A stretch of 64,000 nt of DNA, from IMG/VR virus record IMGVR_UViG_3300027749_002876, positions 460,566 to 524,565 of that record, one strand, 5' to 3'. Under the pieces are notes generated by a model that did no database searches, was not told the DNA's origin, and saw only the letters and a program-made list of their open reading frames with translations. The stretch's first letter is position 1. Every line of letters starts with the position of its first letter. The position numbers and the translations under genes were made by a program. Positions 1 to 9,335 of this stretch are shown piece by piece.

Positions 1-484
1 CATGTTCATCGTTGCGAATAACACGATAATCATTCATCATGCCATTCAATGTCAATATGGTTAATCTATCGTTTCTATTACAGTCAGTCCATAGTGTAGC
101 ACCAATAAAGGACACTTCATTGATAACCTTGATATCACGTTCTAAAAAGTAAATATTTGGATATCTGTCACATTCAGTGCGTAGATGGTCTAAACTTTGG
201 TTCCATCTGCCGTGATAGAATTCATGGTTACCCGCAACATAAACAACATGAGGAAACTCGTTACTTACTCTATTTAAAAAAGCACGGAACTTTTGTGCGG
301 TTTTTTGTCGTTTACTCAATTCAGCATATGGAGCATACGGATTTGTTACAGTAGGAGGATGACTATGTAAATCTGCCGCCAACATAATATCACCCGATAA
401 TATAAGGACCTCAGCACCTTCTGTATTTTTGAGGTTAATATCTTCAAATTCTAAATGCAGGTCACTACATAATGCTATTTTCAT
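1..484 (-). CDS. Calcineurin-like metallophosphoesterase (3' end runs off window)
   Basis: Not in ORF track; manual translation from ATG at 484 gives MKIALCSDLHLEFEDINLKNTEGAEVLILSGDIMLAADLH...AGNHEFY (DxH, GD, GNH motifs). Confidence 0.85.
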   Translation of the reverse strand, partial: MKIALCSDLHLEFEDINLKNTEGAEVLILSGDIMLAADLHSHPPTVTNPYAPYAELSKRQKTAQKFRAFLNRVSNEFPHVVYVAGNHEFYHGRWNQSLDHLRTECDRYPNIYFLERDIKVINEVSFIGATLWTDCNRNDRLTILTLNGMMNDYRVIRNDEH

Positions 485-489
485 TTTAT

Positions 490-732
490 TTAACTATGTT
501 TCAAAACAAAGAATACCTCATCTGTATTGATTTGTATTCTACTCAAAGAACCTTTTTTATCCAATATATATTCAATATCGTAATTGTATTTGTTCTTTAG
601 TAAATTTTTTACTAGGGGTCTAAACTCTCCCTGAATATACCTAGTATCTTTTGTTGCTTCTCCAATTAAATTACAAACAGCAATTGCAACATTTCCGTGT
701 TTCCAAGGATCAGTCATGTCAATGTCAATCAT
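490..732 (-). CDS. Hypothetical phage protein
   Basis: 80-aa ORF, ATGA overlap with upstream gene. Confidence 0.6.
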   Translation of the reverse strand: MIDIDMTDPWKHGNVAIAVCNLIGEATKDTRYIQGEFRPLVKNLLKNKYNYDIEYILDKKGSLSRIQINTDEVFFVLKHS

Positions 733-1058
733 ACTAACTCCGCAATATGTTTACATGTACCACGATACATGTAGCCGGGGCATGTACATGTTTTGTCTTC
801 GGTATCGATGGAATAGACATTACCTTTACTACCGGACACTTTAACGATTGTACTCTTTTCCTTAACTGCCTTGAAAGGATTGGGTTTTACTGTAGTAAAC
901 TTACGACCACGCTTGTCAATTGTGATCGGGGTTTTGAAATAGACAGGAGTAGTAGAACCAACCTTGATGTATGCAACCATTTTGGTTCCATCAAGTAAGT
1001 ATGTGTGATTAGCAAGGTTGCTATCATTCCAAACAGTTGTTTCTACTACTGCTTCCAT
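729..1058 (-). CDS. SWIM zinc-finger protein
   Basis: C-terminal CTCPGYMYRGTCKH (CxC...CxH). Confidence 0.8.
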   Translation of the reverse strand: MEAVVETTVWNDSNLANHTYLLDGTKMVAYIKVGSTTPVYFKTPITIDKRGRKFTTVKPNPFKAVKEKSTIVKVSGSKGNVYSIDTEDKTCTCPGYMYRGTCKHIAELV

Positions 1059-1059
1059 A

Positions 1060-1530
1060 TTAAGCTACCTCTAATTCTGCTTCTTTGGCAATTGCCTCTG
1101 TCAACAACTTAAAGTCTCCACCATGATCGGATACGAACCAAGTAGCAACACCATCGATGTTTCGCAAAAGATAATCGTATTCTTCTTCTTGACCATCAAC
1201 TAAAAAATGTAGATAATCGTTATAGTATGTTGCATCGGATTGGCCTTCACCACGATCACGACCATAGAATGTACACATGTCACGATACAGGTTAACGTAT
1301 TCATCCTGTGTCATGTTTGCTTCAAACATACTGAAGGGATGTTTTGTACCAATTGTTGGGTGCAAGCTAGACAAGCTACCGAGGTCGATCAAATCACGCA
1401 AGATAAAGGGATTAGAATAATACTCTTGCAACATTTTACCGTTGTGAGACAAGTAACCATCCCAGTGACAATACACTTGACCGATAGTACCATCTGCAAA
1501 TTCGAGAGCGATTGTTGAACGTGTAGCCAT
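1060..1530 (-). CDS. Conserved hypothetical phage early protein
   Basis: MATRSTI...VYCHWDGY motif common in phage proteins; AGGA RBS. Confidence 0.7.
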   Translation of the reverse strand: MATRSTIALEFADGTIGQVYCHWDGYLSHNGKMLQEYYSNPFILRDLIDLGSLSSLHPTIGTKHPFSMFEANMTQDEYVNLYRDMCTFYGRDRGEGQSDATYYNDYLHFLVDGQEEEYDYLLRNIDGVATWFVSDHGGDFKLLTEAIAKEAELEVA

Positions 1531-1545
1531 TTTGTTTATCCTATA

Positions 1546-1791
1546 TTAGAAAAAAATTACTTCTGTGGTAACAACAACTGTTAAGTCTGTTCTGGAAGTT
1601 TGATATGATGACATATGCCCGGGGGTACCGTATACGTTCATGTATGAAGATTGGTGCTTTGCACGATTTTCTGTTGACAGTGATTTGACAATCTCAGGTA
1701 CCTGAGATTTAATGTCAACACCATCAACCCATTTGTAAACTTCCCAACGATTGTCAGTCTTGCTAAGACCATAAGTGAAAAAATTGCTCAT
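1546..1791 (-). CDS. Small early hypothetical protein
   Basis: AGGAG RBS; own sigma70 promoter at 1826-1854. Confidence 0.7.
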   Translation of the reverse strand: MSNFFTYGLSKTDNRWEVYKWVDGVDIKSQVPEIVKSLSTENRAKHQSSYMNVYGTPGHMSSYQTSRTDLTVVVTTEVIFF

Positions 1792-1825
1792 TTATTTCTC
1801 CTGTTGTTTAACTGTTTAAGATTCT

Positions 1826-1854
1826 ATTATATACTCAAATCCATTTATTGTCAA
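1826..1854 (-). promoter_or_regulatory. Sigma70-type early promoter (repeated cassette)
   Basis: TTGACA-ATAAATGGATTTGAGTA(17)-TATAAT. Confidence 0.9.
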
Positions 1855-1857
1855 ATT

Positions 1858-2130
1858 TTACACCAAGTCAACTTGGACTTGTTTACCACGGATTGTATGA
1901 CCTAGGCCTGTAGGAACTTCCTCATTTTTACGTTTTGCTTCATAACGCAAATAAGACAATTTAATTAGTGCATCCCAGCAAGTAGCACGGGCGTTTACCG
2001 TAGCAAACATTTCCGTCATTTGCTGGACCGTCATATACATACCGATATCGTTTTCGGATCCGTCACCCTTGAAAATTACACGGAATTTTTGTGAGTTATT
2101 AAATCCGTCAATGATAGTTTTTGTACGCAT
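1858..2130 (-). CDS. Small early hypothetical protein
   Basis: 90-aa ORF between two promoter cassettes, AAGGA RBS. Confidence 0.7.
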   Translation of the reverse strand: MRTKTIIDGFNNSQKFRVIFKGDGSENDIGMYMTVQQMTEMFATVNARATCWDALIKLSYLRYEAKRKNEEVPTGLGHTIRGKQVQVDLV

Positions 2131-2146
2131 TTTCTAGTCCTTTTCT

Positions 2147-2368
2147 TTATTGTCTAGATTCTATTGTAACAGAAACACCATTTATTGTCAAGTTTTGGTC
2201 AAGTTTAAAGTCCTCAAAATCTATCTCATTTTCCACATCGGAGATAACATTGCTAAGGTTGATGGACATGTCAAAAGCCTCGTCCGCATCACCAAATATT
2301 TCCTCAATGAGATCCTGAGCCTCGTTGAGCAAACTCAACAATTCCTGGAGGTTTTCAAATTTAGTCAT
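2147..2368 (-). CDS. Small acidic early protein
   Basis: 73-aa acidic ORF whose tail reads through the next promoter. Confidence 0.6.
   Translation of the reverse strand: MTKFENLQELLSLLNEAQDLIEEIFGDADEAFDMSINLSNVISDVENEIDFEDFKLDQNLTINGVSVTIESRQ
2163..2191 (-). promoter_or_regulatory. Sigma70-type early promoter (repeated cassette)
   Basis: TTGACA-ATAAATGG...(17)-TACAAT. Confidence 0.85.
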
Positions 2369-2381
2369 TTAGTATTACCTT

Positions 2382-2603
2382 TTAGATATAGAATTCAGTA
2401 TCAAAATTCAAAGCGGTATAGACACATTCACGGACTTCTGTATCCATTGCTTCACCGAACAATTCATAGTCGCTGTCGGCCAAGTCACGCAAATTTTGAT
2501 AGACAACGGGCCAAGTGCTTTTCTGCATTTTGTGGAATTCAATAATATCGGCAATTTGTTTGTTACCGTTTTCGCTAAACATTCCGTATGATACTGTAGT
2601 CAT
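2382..2603 (-). CDS. Small early hypothetical protein
   Basis: 73-aa ORF with AAGGA RBS and own promoter. Confidence 0.7.
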   Translation of the reverse strand: MTTVSYGMFSENGNKQIADIIEFHKMQKSTWPVVYQNLRDLADSDYELFGEAMDTEVRECVYTALNFDTEFYI

Positions 2604-2636
2604 TTCTAAGTCCTTTTCTTTACTGTCTAAGATTCT

Positions 2637-2665
2637 ATTATATACCCAAACCCATTTATTGTCAA
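2637..2665 (-). promoter_or_regulatory. Sigma70-type early promoter (repeated cassette)
   Basis: TTGACA-ATAAATGGGTTTGGGTA(17)-TATAAT. Confidence 0.9.
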
Positions 2666-2669
2666 ATTT

Positions 2670-2930
2670 TTACATTGACCAATAAGTCTCTGTTGCAGGA
2701 TTACAACAGTGTGGGGTGTCGGCATCAATTTCTATTTCCTTACCGGACATGAGATTTTTAACTGTTTTCTTGGGGAAAACGAATCCAGGGTTAAGAACCT
2801 TGAAAGCTTCCAAAGTCTTAGCAGTTTGTGCTAACGGGTTAGTTTCAATGAATTTAATCATTGACAGAAAAGTCATACCCAAAAATTCTGCGTCTTTTTG
2901 AATAACTTTGATTGCTGTAACTTGTTTCAT
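2670..2930 (-). CDS. Small early hypothetical protein
   Basis: Ends KNLMSGKEIEIDADTPHCCNPATETYWSM, a recurrent phage motif. Confidence 0.7.
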   Translation of the reverse strand: MKQVTAIKVIQKDAEFLGMTFLSMIKFIETNPLAQTAKTLEAFKVLNPGFVFPKKTVKNLMSGKEIEIDADTPHCCNPATETYWSM

Positions 2931-2961
2931 TTGTGTCCTTTAGTTGACTGTCTAAGATTCT

Positions 2962-2990
2962 ATTATATACCCAAAACCATTTATTGTCAA
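2962..2990 (-). promoter_or_regulatory. Sigma70-type early promoter (repeated cassette)
   Basis: TTGACA-ATAAATGGTTTTGGGTA(17)-TATAAT. Confidence 0.9.
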
Positions 2991-2994
2991 CCTT

Positions 2995-3285
2995 TTATCG
3001 TTTGTCGCAATACTCAAAAAGTATCCATTTTGCACGATTGAGGGCTTGACGGGCATCTTCGGCTCGCATATAGTCAATTTCACCATATTCGGTGTTAATC
3101 ATCTCTTGGGCATCACTCATCAAACTAGCGGCCATCATTGCAGGACCCGAATGACGAAAAGTAATACTTTGTTCTACAGCCTCACGCATTTGGGCTTCTG
3201 TGCAACCATACATGCGGATCTCACGTTTTTCTTGCATATCACGGTTAACAGCATTGACGATAGAAGAACGAAAATCAACTGTCAT
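2995..3285 (-). CDS. Small early hypothetical protein
   Basis: 96-aa ORF, AAGGAG RBS, own promoter. Confidence 0.7.
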   Translation of the reverse strand: MTVDFRSSIVNAVNRDMQEKREIRMYGCTEAQMREAVEQSITFRHSGPAMMAASLMSDAQEMINTEYGEIDYMRAEDARQALNRAKWILFEYCDKR

Positions 3286-3317
3286 AAAAACTCCTTTAAT
3301 TAACTTACTAAGACTCT

Positions 3318-3346
3318 ATTATATACCCAAAACTATTTATTGTCAA
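3318..3346 (-). promoter_or_regulatory. Sigma70-type early promoter (repeated cassette)
   Basis: TTGACA-ATAAATAGTTTTGGGTA(17)-TATAAT. Confidence 0.9.
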
Positions 3347-3360
3347 ATTTTGGTAACCGT

Positions 3361-3382
3361 AAAAAAGCCCCGTTTCCAGGGC
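3361..3382 (-). terminator. Intrinsic terminator after clpP
   Basis: GCCCUG-GAAA-CGGGGC followed by UUUUUU. Confidence 0.85.
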
Positions 3383-3397
3383 AAAACGTAATATTTT

Positions 3398-3985
3398 TTA
3401 TTCTCGTTTTTCGATAATTTTATCAATCAATCCATAGTCTAATGCTTGTTTGGCTGACATAAAGTTATCACGTTCCATATCAAGTGTAAGTTGTTCAAAC
3501 GTTTTACCTGCACTGTTATGTTTGACATATATTTCAGTAAGGTTCTTTTTCATTGCTAGAATTTCTTCTACTTGAATCAACATATCAGTTGCCTGACCAC
3601 GTGCGCCACCACTAGGTTGATGAATCATATGTCGTGCATTTGGCAACATAAAACGTTTGTCTTTGGCACCTGCTGTTGCCAATAGACTGCCCATACTACA
3701 AGCCTGACCCATAACGATTGTTTGCACATCAGGTTTGATGAATTGCATACAATCATAGATGGCCATACCAGCAGTTACGCTACCACCTGGACTATTGATA
3801 TACATTGAGATATCTTTCTCACCCTCTGATTCTAAAAATAATAGCTGGGCAACGATTAGATTTGCCATTTGGTCGTGTACTTCACCTTCAAGCAAAATAA
3901 CACGGTCACGCAATAGACGGCTGTAGATATCGTAACTACGCTCGCCTTTAGCGGTTTGTTCAATAACGATTGGGACTAGACTCAT
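3398..3985 (-). CDS. clpP: ATP-dependent Clp protease proteolytic subunit
   Basis: [28 protein letters not shown] (catalytic Ser), [13 protein letters not shown]. Confidence 0.97.
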   Translation of the reverse strand: MSLVPIVIEQTAKGERSYDIYSRLLRDRVILLEGEVHDQMANLIVAQLLFLESEGEKDISMYINSPGGSVTAGMAIYDCMQFIKPDVQTIVMGQACSMGSLLATAGAKDKRFMLPNARHMIHQPSGGARGQATDMLIQVEEILAMKKNLTEIYVKHNSAGKTFEQLTLDMERDNFMSAKQALDYGLIDKIIEKRE

Positions 3986-4013
3986 AAACTTCCTTTATAA
4001 AAATATTTCTATT

Positions 4014-4042
4014 ATTATAACAAGAGTTTATGCTGTTGTCAA
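4014..4042 (-). promoter_or_regulatory. Sigma70-type promoter for clpP
   Basis: TTGACA-17-TATAAT. Confidence 0.85.
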
Positions 4043-4055
4043 ATGTTTTTGGTAA

Positions 4056-5624
4056 TTAACGTGTCTTACGTTTTTTACGACCTGCACCACCCGTATCAGT
4101 ATCAACGGGTTCAATTGTTCTAGGTTCTTTCCTACGTTTTGGATCAACAATATCAGCCGCCGCAACAGTTACGTCATCGCCGTATTCATCAGATTGAACT
4201 ACATCACCTGTAGCACCATCTGGACCTGGATCTTCATAGTCTTGTGCATTTCTACCCAATTTGAAACTGAACCCTGCACTACTTGGTTGTTTTGCACTAG
4301 ATTTGTTTTCTAATGTAACAACACCTTCTAGCTTAGATGGCCATTGGGTTGCAAAGGTCAATTCACCGTTAGCATGATAATCAGTGTATTGTTGAATGAA
4401 GTTCATTTCCAAAACTTGTAAGATAGTATCAGCAAACTCAGGTATTGCATTATCTTCATTCACCGCACGTGATATTGTTTTCTTAATTAGATATACTAAT
4501 TTACCACCTTCTGTAGCAACCTCACTATTAACAGTTGCAAGTAAAGGTTGATATGATGCTGGTAATCTAGAGCCATTGTTTATACTATCAATACTTTGTT
4601 GTAATACTTTAGGTGATGTGGTTTCAAATGGTAAAAACTTATGCCATACTTTAGGAATGCTATTCGGATTTACTTTGAATAAAAAATCCATAATCTTAAA
4701 TGCTTGAACGATAGTACTTGGCCCGGTTTCGTCTTTTCCTGCCTGACACAACTCAATAAGTTTAACTGCGTTTTTTAGTTTACCATTACGCTTGATATCA
4801 TCACTAACCTTTAAGCCTGATACAGCAGGAGCCGCTCCTCCTCCGGTGCCTTTACTTGAAATGTTTAAGCTATGACTTGTTCCTGGATTAGTAATAGTAG
4901 CATAACTATCAGCAATATTATTGTTAGCCGCACTCGGAAAGTTTAATACTAGTGAACCCATATCACCGCCTAGCCATTCTAGGAATTGACGTTTTCTAGG
5001 GAAGCGAGTACGGTCATATAATAATGCTAGTACACCTAAGTATTCACCGGCATAATCAACAATGGCCTTACGTTCTTTTTCTTTTTCTTTTGTTACGTAG
5101 TTTTCAGGTAGTTGAACATATTCACCTGACACAATATAAGTAGCAAGTTGTTGTACTACTTGTCCGTAATCTGTACTAGCTAATACTTGATTGTTCTCAA
5201 TAGTATCGTATAAGTCTGATGCTGGGATATTTCTATCTGTGATTTTAATCAATGATGGTTTTAATAAAACAGATTCTTTTGTACTACCACCAAATTCTTC
5301 ATTCTTAGCTAACTGTGCCATTGGGATTTCTCTACCATCTTTGGTTATAATAGTAATCTTTTCACCGATAAAATCACCTGAATCTTTAAGTTGAGTTAAC
5401 CGATTTACTTCGCTAGCTTTGATATAAATATCTTCACCGGTATAGTTATCAACAAATGGTTTATTAGTTTTTATTTTATTGATTAACAAATTCCATCTTT
5501 CAGGTTTTTTATTAATCTGTGTTGGAGTTAAACCGTTAGCAAACAAAGTAGAAGGAGCGTTAGGATCCTTCTTTTTAGCTTCATCCATAGCTAAGTTTTC
5601 AAGTAATGTTAATAAATCACGCAT
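4056..5624 (-). CDS. Late protein, putative head-internal; possible PD-(D/E)xK-like nuclease domain
   Basis: 522 aa; ATAAATA 6 nt before ATG; N-terminus MRDLLTLLE; IADSY...ISSKG motif; basic C-terminal tail. Confidence 0.6.
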   Translation of the reverse strand: MRDLLTLLENLAMDEAKKKDPNAPSTLFANGLTPTQINKKPERWNLLINKIKTNKPFVDNYTGEDIYIKASEVNRLTQLKDSGDFIGEKITIITKDGREIPMAQLAKNEEFGGSTKESVLLKPSLIKITDRNIPASDLYDTIENNQVLASTDYGQVVQQLATYIVSGEYVQLPENYVTKEKEKERKAIVDYAGEYLGVLALLYDRTRFPRKRQFLEWLGGDMGSLVLNFPSAANNNIADSYATITNPGTSHSLNISSKGTGGGAAPAVSGLKVSDDIKRNGKLKNAVKLIELCQAGKDETGPSTIVQAFKIMDFLFKVNPNSIPKVWHKFLPFETTSPKVLQQSIDSINNGSRLPASYQPLLATVNSEVATEGGKLVYLIKKTISRAVNEDNAIPEFADTILQVLEMNFIQQYTDYHANGELTFATQWPSKLEGVVTLENKSSAKQPSSAGFSFKLGRNAQDYEDPGPDGATGDVVQSDEYGDDVTVAAADIVDPKRRKEPRTIEPVDTDTGGAGRKKRKTR

Positions 5625-5685
5625 AATGAGTATTTATGCTTTTAAACAGATTTTGATATTTAAACCATTGCCTAATAGGCAAGTG

Positions 5686-6825
5686 TTAACTCAACATGAG
5701 GTTAGCCTCACGGCTAACATAATTGTCATAGTCTTTTGCAAGTAATAACACCGTATCATGTGGTGTGTTAATATTCCTTGCTACACGGGCTCTAACATAC
5801 TTGCTTACATTTTTTGCAAGTAACATCAATGTTTCAGGTGGAGTGCTTCGATTTGATGCTACATTCATTTGAACATCTACGACTGGGTCTTTTGCAAGTA
5901 ACATCAATGTTTTAGGTGGGGTGCTTGGATTTGATGCTACTAACTCTCTAACATCTATATCCTTATCTTTTGCTAGCAACATCAATTGTTCGGATGGAAC
6001 TTCTTCCCGATCGGCAATTAATTTTTTTGTTTTTAATGGCATTTTAGATACATCAATTTTAGAGAAGTCGTAATGTGCTCTAATAGCTGATTGTGTATCC
6101 AAATAACTGCTACTACGTAGACGATAGTTGCCTTCAGGACTATTAGAATTTGCAAACTTACAAAATTTATCAACTACTTCTCTAAAGCCAGCTACATTAG
6201 TTCCGTACGCATTATCTGGAAAAAGTACCATATGATTTTTGTAATAATATGGCTTTATCAATATTCGAGCCAATGGGTTATCAATATTTTTATCATTTTC
6301 TCTAATCAAGTATGCAATGATTGCTCCGTTTTTAATGTCTGCTGGTATATATTTATTATTAACAGTCGGACCGTCATCTAAATCCATACATGAAACCCAA
6401 CCACGGTCTGTACTCATACCTGCAATATCAATCGGATCTCTTGAAAACACCACCTCAAGTGGAGAAGCCTGCCGTGTCGCGGCCCTAATTGGGTCATTTG
6501 CAAATTTATTTAATAACTTTTTATCCTTGATTAATTTTCCAATTTTTATTTTTTTACTTGGATCACTAGATTTTTTTGCCAATCCATGCTTATAGTCATC
6601 AATTTCATACCCAAGATTAGAAATTGCATTTTGTAGTTCTTTTTGAGTGGATGAAATTTCTTTACCTGAATCGGAAGATTGTACTTCTAGAGGTGCATAA
6701 ATCCGAGATTTTCCATTAAACACATTATCGTGTATATTAGCATCGTACTCTGACCCTAAATCTTTGTATAATTTTGCAATTTGTTCAGGTGTTAGTGCTT
6801 CAATTAAAAATTCTGTGGCTCTCAT
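5686..6825 (-). CDS. MRAxEF-leader protein with C-terminal LRV/HEAT-like repeats
   Basis: N-terminus MRATEFLIE; 26-aa repeats LMLLAKD...VASNxxTP; ATAAGTA motif upstream. Confidence 0.7.
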   Translation of the reverse strand: MRATEFLIEALTPEQIAKLYKDLGSEYDANIHDNVFNGKSRIYAPLEVQSSDSGKEISSTQKELQNAISNLGYEIDDYKHGLAKKSSDPSKKIKIGKLIKDKKLLNKFANDPIRAATRQASPLEVVFSRDPIDIAGMSTDRGWVSCMDLDDGPTVNNKYIPADIKNGAIIAYLIRENDKNIDNPLARILIKPYYYKNHMVLFPDNAYGTNVAGFREVVDKFCKFANSNSPEGNYRLRSSSYLDTQSAIRAHYDFSKIDVSKMPLKTKKLIADREEVPSEQLMLLAKDKDIDVRELVASNPSTPPKTLMLLAKDPVVDVQMNVASNRSTPPETLMLLAKNVSKYVRARVARNINTPHDTVLLLAKDYDNYVSREANLMLS

Positions 6826-6833
6826 ATTAGTAC

Positions 6834-7325
6834 TTATGCTTTAAACAAATCCTGGTGCTTAAACCACTTGCGCTTACTGTGAGCACCTTTTAATGAAATT
6901 CTATGTTTCTTTAATTTATCTCGGAATACAAAGAAGCTAGGACCATGACTCATTAGAGGTTGTTTACCTCGTTGAAGTCTTTCCATTCCTTGAATATCCC
7001 ATTGATATTGATGGCACATTTCGTGTGCTAATACTGTGATAAGCCACTGCTTACAGTACCACTTGTCCATCACTCTTATTTTACAGTAGCTCTTAGTCCT
7101 ACTAGGCATTTCTAATGAACCGTAACACATGCCCCAATATTTTCTACAACGTGGCATAACTTCAATCTCAGGCATTATTAGCTTGTTATTAAATATTGTT
7201 TTATTCAGCATCCTATAAAGTGATATAACTTCATCACGGTTGGTTCTATAACAAAGACGTTTTTGATATGTGATTGGTGGCAATTCCTCACGCATAAGGT
7301 CGATAATAGAAGTTTTTTTGAACAT
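6834..7325 (-). CDS. SprT-like zinc metalloprotease
   Basis: VLAHEMCH (HExxH) plus SHGPSF. Confidence 0.8.
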   Translation of the reverse strand: MFKKTSIIDLMREELPPITYQKRLCYRTNRDEVISLYRMLNKTIFNNKLIMPEIEVMPRCRKYWGMCYGSLEMPSRTKSYCKIRVMDKWYCKQWLITVLAHEMCHQYQWDIQGMERLQRGKQPLMSHGPSFFVFRDKLKKHRISLKGAHSKRKWFKHQDLFKA

Positions 7326-7424
7326 AATGTATTTATGATACTATTTAAATACGAATAATACACATATTACGGAAAAAATATATAACTTCTCTATCCGATT
7401 AAATATATGTTTAGGAGAAATCAA

Positions 7425-7745
7425 ATGGAAATTATTATAGGATTGGTCATTTTGGCCGGAGTAGCTTGGTTCTTTTTCATGCGTAATGATAAGAAATCAG
7501 ATGAGGTAGTCACATCTGCTACAGATAACGTCACTGCCCCGTACAAAGTACCAGAACCATCCGCTACTACACCAATACCGTTGGTCGCAGAAGTTATCCC
7601 AGCTGGTACGGAAGCTACAATGGCTGCACCAACTAAAGCTAAAGCACCAGCAAAGCCAAAGGCGCCGGCTAAGCCAAAAGCAACAACTGCTAAAGTTTCG
7701 GCAAAAGCTAAAGCACCTGCAAAGCCAAAAGCACCAAAAGCTTAA
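7425..7745 (+). CDS. Membrane-anchored protein with Lys/Ala/Pro-rich tail
   Basis: AGGAGA RBS before MEIIIGLVILAGVAWFFF TM helix; KAPAKPK repeats. Confidence 0.7.
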   Translation: MEIIIGLVILAGVAWFFFMRNDKKSDEVVTSATDNVTAPYKVPEPSATTPIPLVAEVIPAGTEATMAAPTKAKAPAKPKAPAKPKATTAKVSAKAKAPAKPKAPKA

Positions 7746-8446
7746 TGAATATAGGGTTTGATGTTATTAGCGACCTTAATCTGGCCGCTGAAGATAGCTT
7801 TGATTGGGAAGATAAGGCAACAAGCCTATACCTAATTATAGCAGGAAATATAAGCAATGATTTGCGAGTAATACATCAAACACTGGTTCATCTATCAAAA
7901 TTTTATCAGGGTATCTTTTATATGCCCGGATCGTTAGAACACGATTCAATGCACCTTATAAAAAACAGATACAGAGAAATAGTAGAACTCTGTAGACCAT
8001 TGAAAAAAGTAGCATGTCTATATAGATATGTAGTTATCATCAATGGTGTTGCCGTTCTAGGAGCAAATGGATGGTACGGTAATAAAAATGATTTGACCGA
8101 CTCTTTAGAGAAGCTACATCTACATTCACAGCAAGTAGAAGATGTAACTTATCTGGGTGCTAGTTTAGAAAGACTTCAACTACATCTGGACGTTAAGAAA
8201 ATAATTGTAGTTACACATAGTTCCCCTAGTCCCGAGTTGTTCTTTAAAGAAAATCCACCCGATCTTGATGTTCAAATTCCAATGATGCAAGTATTAGGAA
8301 ATGATTCAGAAAATAAAGTAGTTACTTGGGTTTATGGTAGCTACAACAAAAATGTTGAAACTACTATCAATAACATAAATTATGTAAACAATTCATGTTA
8401 TGATAAAAATCCTTATTGGCCTAAAAGAATTGATGTAGAAGTTTAA
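7745..8446 (+). CDS. Degenerate metallophosphoesterase-fold protein
   Basis: ISDLN / AGNIS / PGSLEH / VVTH correspond to MPP motifs with several metal ligands substituted. Confidence 0.65.
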   Translation: MNIGFDVISDLNLAAEDSFDWEDKATSLYLIIAGNISNDLRVIHQTLVHLSKFYQGIFYMPGSLEHDSMHLIKNRYREIVELCRPLKKVACLYRYVVIINGVAVLGANGWYGNKNDLTDSLEKLHLHSQQVEDVTYLGASLERLQLHLDVKKIIVVTHSSPSPELFFKENPPDLDVQIPMMQVLGNDSENKVVTWVYGSYNKNVETTINNINYVNNSCYDKNPYWPKRIDVEV

Positions 8447-8751
8447 TTAACATCAGCTTCAACTTTAACCTGTAGAGGGAATCCCTGACTACGTGCATCA
8501 AGTGTAACTTCAATCCCGCGCTGTTCTGCAATCTCATATGGTAATACAGCAACTATAGCACTACCCTGTTGATGAATATTTTCAGTTAGTGATGTAGCAG
8601 TATCTTGATTATAATTAAAATACCCGATTAAACTGTTAACCACAAAATTCATACTGGTAACTTCATCGTTCATATAAATGACTCTATAGAGTGGTGGTTC
8701 AGCAAGATTTATGTTTGGGCTGATTTTAATTTTAATATCTGTTTTGGACAT
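8443..8751 (-). CDS. clpS: Clp protease adaptor ClpS
   Basis: PPLYRVIYMNDEVTSMNFVV...IHQQGSAIVAVLPYEIAE...FPLQV. Confidence 0.9.
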   Translation of the reverse strand: MSKTDIKIKISPNINLAEPPLYRVIYMNDEVTSMNFVVNSLIGYFNYNQDTATSLTENIHQQGSAIVAVLPYEIAEQRGIEVTLDARSQGFPLQVKVEADVN

Positions 8752-8815
8752 AGTGTTAAGTTAGTTATATGTGCGAGTGTTACCCCGCACATTTATTTAT
8801 ATAAAATTTATTATA

Positions 8816-9265
8816 TTACTTAGTGTAATTTATTGCAATAGATTTCGGCTTCTTTTCTTCAGGAACTTTACGTTCTAAAAAGATAGAAAGAATTCCATTC
8901 TTTACTTCAGCATGTATAACCTCCACATGTTCAGCTAATGGGAATGTCTGTGTGAAATCTCTACTGCTTAGTCCTCGATGTAAATATTCATAATTAATTA
9001 CTTCTTCACGTACCCTAGATCCAGATACAATTAGTGCATTGTTATCTAATTTAACATCTAATTCATCTTCACCAAACCCGGCTACTGCAATTTCAATGGT
9101 TACAGTTTCCTCACCTGTTTTAATTACATTGTGTGGTGGATAATTAGTATTAGTTTGTCCAGCTGTTAAACGCATTAGTTCGTCTAACATAGAATCAAAT
9201 CCGATTCCAAATTTGTGTATAGATGGAATATCTATAGCACGAAGGGTTAAAGTTTTTGTTGTCAT
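8816..9265 (-). CDS. Small heat-shock protein (Hsp20/IbpA family)
   Basis: IGFD, NYPPHNV, IAVAGF, YLHRGLSSRDF, NGILSI, PEEKKP. Confidence 0.95.
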   Translation of the reverse strand: MTTKTLTLRAIDIPSIHKFGIGFDSMLDELMRLTAGQTNTNYPPHNVIKTGEETVTIEIAVAGFGEDELDVKLDNNALIVSGSRVREEVINYEYLHRGLSSRDFTQTFPLAEHVEVIHAEVKNGILSIFLERKVPEEKKPKSIAINYTK

Positions 9266-9323
9266 GTTTTTCTCCTATTAAGCAAGTTTATGACTATCGG
9301 GCCCGCAGAATGCGGCACCCGAT
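9263..9323 (-). promoter_or_regulatory. ROSE-like RNA thermometer in hsp20 leader
   Basis: Hairpin AUCGGGU-G-CCGCA-UUC-UGCGG-GCCCGAU, then CUUGCU-UAAU-AGGAG pairing with the SD (bulged G). Confidence 0.75.
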
Positions 9324-9335
9324 TTTTTATCTAAT

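Noticed and set aside
1798-3350. Regularly recurring ~35-55-bp repeat resembling a CRISPR array
   Set aside because: Intervals are 330-480 nt and contain ORFs with RBSs; the repeat is a -35/-10 promoter; no cas genes in the window.
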